A stretch of DNA of 64,000 bases from Lama glama (lineage: Eukaryota), in the NCBI GenBank assembly GCA_028534125.1, contig CM052817.1:9178001-9242000 (forward strand), given 5' to 3'. A model generated the notes under the pieces. The model did no database searches. It saw only the letters and a list, made by a program, of their open reading frames with translations, and was not told the DNA's origin. Below are positions 53,170-62,587 of the stretch, one piece after another (the stretch's first letter is position 1; every line of letters starts with the position of its first letter). Both the position numbers and the translations under genes were made by a program.

Positions 53170-53484
53170 AAAAAATCTGAATAGACTTACAACAAGTAAA
53201 GAGATTTAGTAAGCAATTTTAAAACTTCCCACAAAGAAAAGTCTAGGTGTAGGTGGCTTTACTAGTGAATTCTACCACACATTTAAAGAATAATTAATAT
53301 CACTCCTTCACATACTCCTACAAAAAAATTAGAAGAGGAAGGAATGCTTCTCTACTCATTTTATGAGACCAGTATTACCTTGATACCAAAATCAGACAAA
53401 GACATGAAAAAAAAAAACTACAGATCATTCCCTGTGAATATAGATGCAAATATCCTCAACAAAATCCAAATCCAGCAATGTGTA

Positions 53485-53518
53485 CACACACACACACACA
53501 CACACATACACACACACA
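53485..53518. repeat. (AC)n microsatellite, imperfect
   Basis: ACACAC... run with one interruption. Confidence 0.9.
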
Positions 53519-53664
53519 TATATGATTACACACAATGACCAAGAGGAATTTTTTCCCAGAAACGCAAGATTGGTTTAACATCTGAGAGTCAGTCAACGCG
53601 ATACATTATATTAATAGAATAAACCACAGCAACCACAACGATCTCAATAGATGCAGCAAATTCA

Positions 53665-53857
53665 GTAATAACTTTTCCATCGATTACATGATGAAATGAT
53701 AATATTTTGCATACATTGAGTTAAAGAAAATATATTACTCAAGTTAACTTCACCTGCTTCTATTTCCTTTTTAAAATGTGGCTTCTAGGAGATTTCACAT
53801 TACATATGTAGCTTGCATTTCTGGCTACATTATACTTCTATTGGACTGAGATGGTCT
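53665..53857. mobile_element. MER3/MER33-like hAT-Charlie fragment
   Basis: GAAATGATAATATTTTG, TTTTTAAAATGTGGCT, ATTACATATGTAGCT, CTATTGGAC. Confidence 0.7.
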
Positions 53858-56779
53858 GAATGTATCCCAGTTTCAAGACCAGTGGTCTCATGACATGGGG
53901 TGTTTTTCACACATAGTTCCTTATGTTATTTATGAGGAGAAAACTGAGACTGAGAATGGTTAACCTGCCCAGGTTAACACGCTCCACCCTAGATGGCAGA
54001 ACTGGGATTGGAATTCAGCTCTGCCCGTAAAGCCAGAGTTTGCCCTATTTACATCACTGGTTTTCCTGAGGGATTAAACAGTCATCTAAGGTGTTTAATA
54101 TTTAACTTTTAGAATTTCTTTCTTCCTTCCAAATGTAGGCAGAATTTAGCCTCCTCTCCTTTTTCATTTTTCATTTGGATTTATCCTTCCGTTACTGTTA
54201 ATGGAATTTCACTACCATGATCGCCATCTATTTTGATGTTTTGGGTAATATTTTATTTTGTTTTGTTTGTTTTTGTTTTTGTTATCCACCCCTCAGGACT
54301 ACCTCCGTGTTCTTCTCACTGGCCTTCTAGTCTACTGTTTACCTTAAACTGCATGGCAGGTGATAGCAGCTAAGATTGTTTGTTGAAACATCTTTTCTGT
54401 GTCAAACATCACTGAAGGCTTTCCACTTAAAATATTGCTAATCATCTTCAAAACAACCCCCACCTCACAGATGACGGCTGTTGCTTCCTTCACTTCAAAG
54501 ATGAGAAAACTGAGGTTCCCAAAGCTTAACTGCAAAGTTACACAGTAACAGAAGGAGCTGGGACTAAAGCCAGGTCTCTGACTTCATCACCCCTCTGTGT
54601 CCATCATACCCCTCCTCCATGTCCCTTAATGTGAGTTAAATATGGGTCAACCTAAAATATTAGCATTTTTGTATGTATGATTTATACCTTTATGAAATTT
54701 TTCTAAAGGTTTTTTCCATAAAAGTTTGCATGTCTTTTTTTCTATTGAAAGTTGACATCTGTTTTTCTTCATATTATTATGGGTTATGTTTTGCAAACTT
54801 AATACAATGATCTAAACTTATAAATGAAATTTGGATGCAAGGTGACTATAAAGTCCTTGGCTCTTATGTAAAGAGCCATGCACAAAGTAGACACTGAGTA
54901 CACGTGAACTGATAGCAATGAGGTTGATGGACAAACCTGGACTAAAATCAAACATCCCCCTTTCCTCAGAATGCTTTCCAAGCACTGTCTTTACATTTAA
55001 TCATCCTTTGCACAAGGCTGGTATCAATGAGTCCTATCAAGTAAAACTTCTGTTTTTCTTTTTTACTGAACGTTCACAGTCTTCAAAATAAACATTTATA
55101 ACTCTTAATCTTCTTTATAAGATGCTGAAAATATTAATATCAAATTTGACAAATGGGATAAATATTTAGTCAAAAATCACCTTTACTTTTCTCTGCATAG
55201 AATCATTTATCAGTAGAAAGAGTTAGCCTTCTAGAATGTGAAAGCAAAGAATTAAACACAGTACCTCCAATATATACTGCCAGGCCACATTCTTTTAATA
55301 GGAGAAAAATGAGTTAAGCACATTTGAGGACTATTTCTGAATTTTTATGGGATATGAATTTTGAAAATAAGATACTTTCACTCTGAGGGCAGGACTGTCA
55401 ATTGTTATTCATTTAATTAGGTGTTACTGAGAACACTTCAAGGGTCAGCCTTTCCAACCCTTATCCTTTGGTAGAATAGCAACTGATGATTTTAGGGCCT
55501 GTCACTGCGGCTCTGTTTTGCTCAGATATATTGCATGTTTCGGATGATAGCCTGATGTCCAACCAGTGGGGCAGGAGACTGAGAAATGGGGAGAGGGGGG
55601 CAGGGGCATTAAGCCCAGGCTATACACACTACCTGAGGCAAACTATTTTATTTCTGGGTTTTAGTTTTCCAACTTTATGTAAAATAGGAATAATATTTGC
55701 TTTTGCTTTATCTACTCACAAAATGTATTGGGACAAGTAAGGGAGATAACAAAAGAAAATAGCTTTGCAAGCCAGGATTACAGTGTGTTTCAGTGTGTGA
55801 TTTCTCCTGCCTTCCTGCTGAATTTGCCTTACCTCAGTACAGGAGATGCATCCCGGGGCTCCGCCCATGACCAGCCAAGCAAGGCTATGTTACAGCACGT
55901 GAGACTCCAAGTTAGTAGGTCAGTTTCAGCCTAGAAGCTCACTGTTCATGAATCTGTTGAGATAATGAGGGCTGGGAATTATTATAACTAGTAGCAGCAG
56001 CAAACATTTATCTGCAGCCTCTCTGACTATGTACAGAATAGTGTATGTCTTCTGTTCTGTTCATGGTTGTATTCCCAGTGCCTGACACAGTGTCTGGCCC
56101 ATAGTAGACACTCGATAAACAGTGAGTACAAAAATGAGTCAAGAAGAACTAGGAAAACGAAGAAATACACAAGGCATAGCCACTCCCTCCAAAGATTTAT
56201 GATATAGTCAAGTTGACTGGGCCTAAAGAGAAAAAGGGAGAAGCGGTGGAACAGTTAAGTCAGTCTACATAAATGCCCTAGAGCATCACGCAGGAATTAC
56301 CGGAGGGGTGAAGGCTTCTCTCCTCGGTGGGAGCACTGGTGTTGAATGACAAGCCTCCCAGTCTTCACAAAGAGTAACACCACCTGGAAGACCTTTTATT
56401 GTGCTTGGGGGCTGTACTTTATCAGCAGGGGGAGATTTTAGATACTTTCCTTTGTCAGTGAGTTCATCCTGGACAGGGCACAAAATAAGCAGAATGAAGT
56501 TTGTAATAACAAGGATGCAGCTTTCAGTTTGGTATTGCCAAAGAAAATGCTGGAAAGGGGAGTGAGATTCTTTTCACAATTGGTTGTGGTCTGTTCATTT
56601 TATTTTTAACCTCCAGCAAACATAACTCAATAATGCTACAGTTCTCTAGAAAATGGCACATCTCCTTTTCAGAGTGCTTTGGAGACATTTTCCTCTTTCC
56701 CTCCTCCTGTCCCTCCTTGCCTTCCTTCCTTTTTCCTCTCCTTTTCATCTTTCCTTCCTATAGCATTAATCGGGCAACT

Positions 56780-57760
56780 AATAATCAATAAAAACTTACT
56801 GGGAATTGTGTTCCAGGTAATACGACAAGCAAAAAAGATGCAGAATTATGTAAAGGAAATCCATGACTTATAGGAACTCACAGTTTGAAAGTGGCAAATG
56901 GCCAAGGAAACATAATCACGTCCACGTGACACATGTTATAACAGTAAAAAAAACTTTATTATGATACTGTCAGGAGCATAGAGGAGGGCTCAACTGACTG
57001 TCCAGGAGGAGTGAAGAAAGGCTATGGCATTTGAACTGGGTCTTGAAACAAAAGGAAGCATTAGCTGATGAAAAGAGGTGAGGTATTCCAGGAAGTAGAA
57101 ATATCATGTGCAAAAGCCCAGAGTTAGGAAATGACGTGGCCAATTCAGAGAGTCTAGTAGTGTGAGGAGTGACAGGTGATAAAGCCAAAGTGGCAAGTTG
57201 CAAATAAGTTCTGAAGGGTCTGGTCTGTTAGCAAGTTTGCATTCGATCCTGTGGAAGTTAGGGAATGGCTATTGACAAGGACAGTATAACAGAATCGCAG
57301 CTGTTTTTTTGAGCTTATTAAAGGGAAGATTCAGAAGTGGAACTGGGAGGGAAGCCAGCTAAGGGGCTGTACAGTAGGGCAGGACAGAGAAAAGATTCAG
57401 AGCTAAGACATGGGGAGGGGCAAGGGACTAAGGGGGACTAACTTTGAGTAATATTTCTGCACGAGAATTGACAGAGTATGGCAACCAGTTGTTTTCGAAG
57501 GGTGAGAGAGAGGGAAGAAGAGAATAACTCAGGTTTCCAGCTTGAGAAACTGGTCATGTGATGATGCTATCAGGTAGGCAGAGAGCAAAAGAGGACAAGC
57601 GGGTTTGGCGGAAGATGGTAAGTTCAGGTATCGACACACTGAACTCATGTGTCTGAGATAGATGATATCTGAAAACATGACAGTGGATAAAGTCACCTAG
57701 AAAAAGTATACAGTAGTGGAGAAAAGGACCAAGAATATAAGCGAAGGAACTCCAACAGAA
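56780..57760 (-). mobile_element. L2 fragment (old)
   Basis: GGAACTCACAGT, GGCATTTGAACTGGGTCTTGAA, ATGTGCAAAAGCCCAGAG, AACTCAGGTTTCCAGCTTG. Confidence 0.7.
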
Positions 57761-58289
57761 AGGGATCTAAAGACTAACCCAAAGCCAGGACTAACGATGA
57801 ATCCTTTCCCATCTGCGGGGTCAGTCATATAGGCGGGGCAGCAGGAAGAAACCAGCACCACAGAGGCGCAGCATCAAGCTGGCCTCACTGCCATGCTGCC
57901 TGACTGGTTCTCTGTTTTATGAACTGGAGTCTTGATTCCCTGTCTTTGCTCAAGTTCCTATAATGAACCCGTGTTTTATTCTCTTTCCTCAGTATCCCAG
58001 TCCCTGCAGCCTGAGTCCTTCCTTAGGTTCCTAAGACAGAAGTCTTGCCTCTTGGCATCCAGGTTTATTTATTCCCTGGTGTTAAAATCCTGAGATGCCC
58101 TGTCTGTCCTCACTCACATACCCTGTTGATACCTAGAACTCTCTGGGCTTGCTTATAATCCCTAGGGGCATCTGGGTTGTGTTTGGGTAGCTCTTGCTAA
58201 CAAGCAATGACAGACTCTCATATTACTACAGTTCAATACACTTACAGCTATTATTTCCTAAAACTGCTATTCGTTAATTCCACAATGTC

Positions 58290-59490
58290 TTCATTTAGTG
58301 CATGTATTTGACAATTCTTGGGTGCCTACTGTGTGCCATGATTGTTCTAGCTGCTGAGGATGCAGTGGTGAGTAAAACAATGTACCTTCCTTCATAGGGC
58401 TTGTGAACTAACTAACAGAGGGGACAGATAAACAATTTAAGTACCTAGTGGGCCAGATGGAGAAAAATCAAACCACCTGGGAGGAAGGAGGAGGCTAGAA
58501 TGGAGGGAGGGGGCTCCTAATTCACAATGTCAAACTGAGAAGACATCACTGAGAAAGTAAGCTTGAGTAGAGACCTAAAAGAAGTGAAAGAGAAAGAGGG
58601 AAAAAGAGTTATTGACTCCTGCTGGCAGGGAAGGGACAAGTATTCCAGGCAGTGGGAGCTGTAAGAGCAAAGGCTGAGGCTTTGGTGACTTGGCCTGGTG
58701 TGTTAAAGAAACGAGAATTCTATTCTGGGGTAGAAATTGTCGGGGAGGGATTAGTGGTGGCAAGAGGTAACCTGGAAGAATCTTTCGATAACTGAAAATG
58801 TTTGGACTTCTATTCTGATAAGTGTAAGTATTCAGTCAGAGGAGTTGATGTAATCTGTCTGAAAGGAGCATTCTGGCTGCTTGATAGAGAATAGCTTGTA
58901 GACAAAATCAGAAGCTGGGAAACTAGTTAGGAGTTGAGAGCGACAATCCAGGGGAGAGGTTGGTGGCCTGGACCAGGTTGCTTGTGGTGGGAGTGGTGAG
59001 AAGTGGCTGGATTCTGGATATGACTTAAAGGTAGGATAAGCAGCGTGATGGTTTGATGTACTGTTAGACAAACAGAAGTCAAGAAGGACACCCCAAGGTT
59101 TTTGGCCTAAGAACAGTGGAGTGCCATTTAAGGAGATGAGGATTAATGAGGCGGGGGAGTTCAATTTGAGACATGGGAGTTAAATTTGGGATGTCTGGGA
59201 AGCCATGTCCTAGGCAAGCAGGGAGAGGATCCGGTGCCCCAGTGGGGCTGGCCTTAGACGGCGGCATCGTAGGGTGTGGACAGGCCATCCATGGACCCGG
59301 AGGGAAGGTGAGGTGTACAGGGACACATGCAGAGTGACTGGAAGAGGGAGCAGGTGAGGATTTGGGGAGCTCTCCTGTGACTGCTTCTATTTTCCCAGTG
59401 AAATAGGAAACCAGGTCAGCAGTTGAGAGTAAGGGTAGGTGAAGGTGTGAGGAGGTTTTAAGACAGAGAAGGTGTGAAACAGTCTTCTAG
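58290..59490 (-). mobile_element. L2 fragment
   Basis: GGTGCCTACTGTGTGCCA, GTATTCCAGGCAG, TCTGGCTGCT, GGCCTGGACCAGG, GATTCTGGATAT, AGTCAAGAAGGACACCCCAAGGTTTTTGGCC. Confidence 0.8.
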
Positions 59491-62218
59491 GACAGTGTTT
59501 GTCAGTTTCAGCTCATGACCTAATTGTGAGTCTTCAAATCAATGTAGTGATTTGAGATCAATTTAATGACTTTAAAAAGTAAAATTTTAAATGAATTTGT
59601 TGCATGTATTAAAAGTGAGAATTGCTTAATGAAAGCTTTATTTCAGGAGCATGTGTGTATGTGTGTGTGCTGGGTTGTAGCAAGATACTTTCAAAAGCAC
59701 TGGCCCAGGGCAGTGGGAGGAAATGAACAAGAAGGGACTGTCAAAGTCAGGGACTGAGTTACTGGTCATATAATTGACATATTTTCACATAAATAAGATT
59801 AGAATATAGATTCATAAGATCTTGGCTTTGGGCCTCCCACTCACCTCTACCTCCACTATAGGAGACTTTTATGTCGGAATATTTTCGATGGGACACTCAT
59901 CAGCTTAAAGGTTCTAGATTTCAGAAAGTAACTTTCCTCTCTATAAAAAGCAGGGCCCTCACAATACTCTCTGAGATGTTAAAGTAGTGAGTAGAGCGTC
60001 TGGCAGTGGGGCTTTGGAATTCAGTGTAGTTAATATGAAGTTTAACCTTATAATATAATACTAAACTTGATGGCTCCCCCCCACCCCGGTTTTAGAGAGC
60101 TTTAAATGCTCTAAAACAAAACCAGTGTCAGCACACCAAGAAACCTTGTTTTTGTTCAAACTTTAGCCCAGAATAATACCATCTGGCTTTTAAATGTATG
60201 CTCTCTCCCCTTATACTACACTAACTGAAAATTTAATGGATGATTGAGCTAATTTTCCTGCCTATATTTTCAAGGTTTCTCGTTGGATCTGCAGATGAGT
60301 CCAATCAAATATAATTTTATTTAGGAAAACATTTGTTCATTTTAAAGAATTTATAAGCCTCAGTTCCTGAATATTTTCCCTGCAAAACAGGTTAATGAAT
60401 AATAGTTAAGAAATATGTCAACAGGTGCTGTGAAAATGGCCATTTATATTTTTTATTCTAGTGATCTCAGGTTATTTCCTAGACATGGTAATTTAGAATA
60501 ACAGAAGTACTTCTCCAGTTCTATATTTTGATTGTTAAAAATGGTTTTGAAATTAACTCAAATCAATTTTCTATGTACCCATTGATTTCTAAATCATTTA
60601 CGAGTTTTTTTAAGTACTTTTTCCTTATTGTAAAGGTAATATCAAACTTAGTTCATTAGACAGGATATTAGACATAAATATTATACCTTGAATGTATTTT
60701 TCCTTTGCAATGTTGTTCTTTTTCTACTGTATTTATTCTGATTCATATAAAGTTGAAACAGTGAAGTAACAAAAGCAGAAATGACAATGAGGACTCATAA
60801 AAATGTACAGTTTGCCTACATCAGTAAGAGTGTGCTGGTTTATAACACTATTTAATCTTAGTTCAATTGTAAATCAAAACCAAATAGAATCTGAACCCAC
60901 TTTCTATTGCTTTGGGGATTATCAGTCTATATTCTAGGATTCCTTCAGTAGTTTCACTTCTCTAAATGCCAAGAGAATTAAAACTGCGAAACAGGAACAT
61001 GAAATGCTTATCTTACGTTCTGTGGATCGCTCTGTTATTCCTTTATCCAGACCCTTACTTTTTTTTTTCTCTATGTAAAATGTTTCTTTAGGAAAAACAC
61101 AGGTTTACTTCCTCTTCCATCGCTTCCAATAAGACCTCTACCATGGAAAGCTCTCTCTCCTTCCATTTTGCAAGCCTCAACAAGTCTGCTGCTGAGTCAG
61201 AACCTCCTTTTTTCCCCTGATGTGAGAAATCTTTCTCCCTTGAAAATTCATAAAGGTTTGGAAATGTTGAGCCTCCCTAGGGGGAAGGCGCGGGGGTGCC
61301 AGAATGAATGCGGGGGGGAGGAGTCCCACACACGGTAGTCCTGATGGTGGCACTTTAAACGCTTTCTGAAATAGGAGGACTTGGAGCCGGCCCAGGGTTA
61401 CCACGGGAGCTCTCCTCGGAACCCATTATATGCGTATCTGTGTGTAAATAACCACACGGAGCCGTGTTAGGTTCCAGGGACTTTGTTCCTCATTACTGGA
61501 GTGAAAATGTTTGGTATATGGCCGCGGCCTCGTGTTTACCCTACAGAAAACACCTTCATGCGGCTGCCGGAAGGTAGATGACAGCGCGCAGCACGAAAGG
61601 CTGAAAACTAAAACCAGCGCTAAAACTCGCTTCGTACCGCGCGACCCGAGGGCTCCGAGTCGGGGCCCGAGGTGTGGGCGACCCGCTCGGCGGTCTGCAC
61701 GGCGGCCAGAGCCTCGCACCGGCGAGTGGGTCAGAGGACCCCCGCGCCAAGCCCAGAGGCCAGGAGAGGGCAGGATCCCGGCTCCGTCGCGCCGCGGGCC
61801 ACGCGCCGCCGCGATCACCGAGGGCCACTCCCAGTGGGGCTCCCCGGCCTCAGTTTCCCCGGCCAGCGCCGCCTAGGGAAGCCTCTGTCCCTGCGGCTGG
61901 GCTCATGTGACCGAGGGCGAGGCCGAGGTGACAGGAAGGAGGCGGGGCCCCGAGGGAGACGGGGCGGGGGTGACGCGTGCGACCCACTGCAAGCTTTGCC
62001 TGGACCCCACGCGGGAAGAGGCCGTTGCCCAGAAACCGTCCGCGCCCGCCGCGCGTACTCGCCCTCGCGCCCGCGCCCGGCGCTCAGACCTCCTCAGCGA
62101 TCCGACGCCCCAACCGGCCTCTCCCTTCCCTAGGCTCAGGAGAAGCCTGAGGAGACGCGCCGCTCGCGCCCGCGCTCCCCCGCCCTCCCGCGAGCGCGAG
62201 CGCGCCCCCGGCCAGGCC

Positions 62219-62342
62219 TGCATATTAATAAGGGGCGGGACGGGGCGGGGCAGCGCGGGCGCGGGGCCTCGAGTCCGCGCGTGCCGGGACGCACCGCGGG
62301 GGGCGGCGCGATTGTGAGGTGGCGCTGACGCACGTTCCGGGG
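62219..62342 (+). promoter_or_regulatory. CPEB2 core/proximal promoter motifs: AT-rich TATTAATA, tandem GC boxes (Sp/KLF), CRE half-site, ETS site
   Basis: TATTAATA 62223-62230; GGGGCGGGACGGGGCGGGG 62232-62250; TGACG 62326-62330; TTCCGG 62335-62340; all about 250-370 nt upstream of the ATG. Confidence 0.6.
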
Positions 62343-62587
62343 TTCTTAAGCGATCCGGGCGGCAGCGGAGGCGGTGGCGGCGGCGGCGCCCGAGCCGGTC
62401 TCGGGAGGTGGCGGTGATCGCCGCGAGGGGTGGCAGGGCCGAAGTCCGTGCCCCTGGCTCAGTCACGGTGTCCCTCTCTCACTGACTCCCCCTCCTTCCA
62501 CCACGGCCGCGCCGCCCCAGATCCGGCGGCTTCTTAGGCGGGGCAGCGGACGGGGCGCGTCTCCTCCCGCTGCCACCGGCCTGATAA

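Larger units (their letters stand above)
51880..53660 (+). mobile_element. Old L1 ORF2 remnant (endonuclease to RT region), degenerate
   Basis: Decayed ORF2 motifs: CTACATGAGAC, GCTGGAGTGGCTATCCTAAT, ATTCTTCTCAAGTGCACATGG, SFYETSITLIPKSDKD, NIDANILNKI, ATCTCAATAGATGCAG. Confidence 0.9.
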
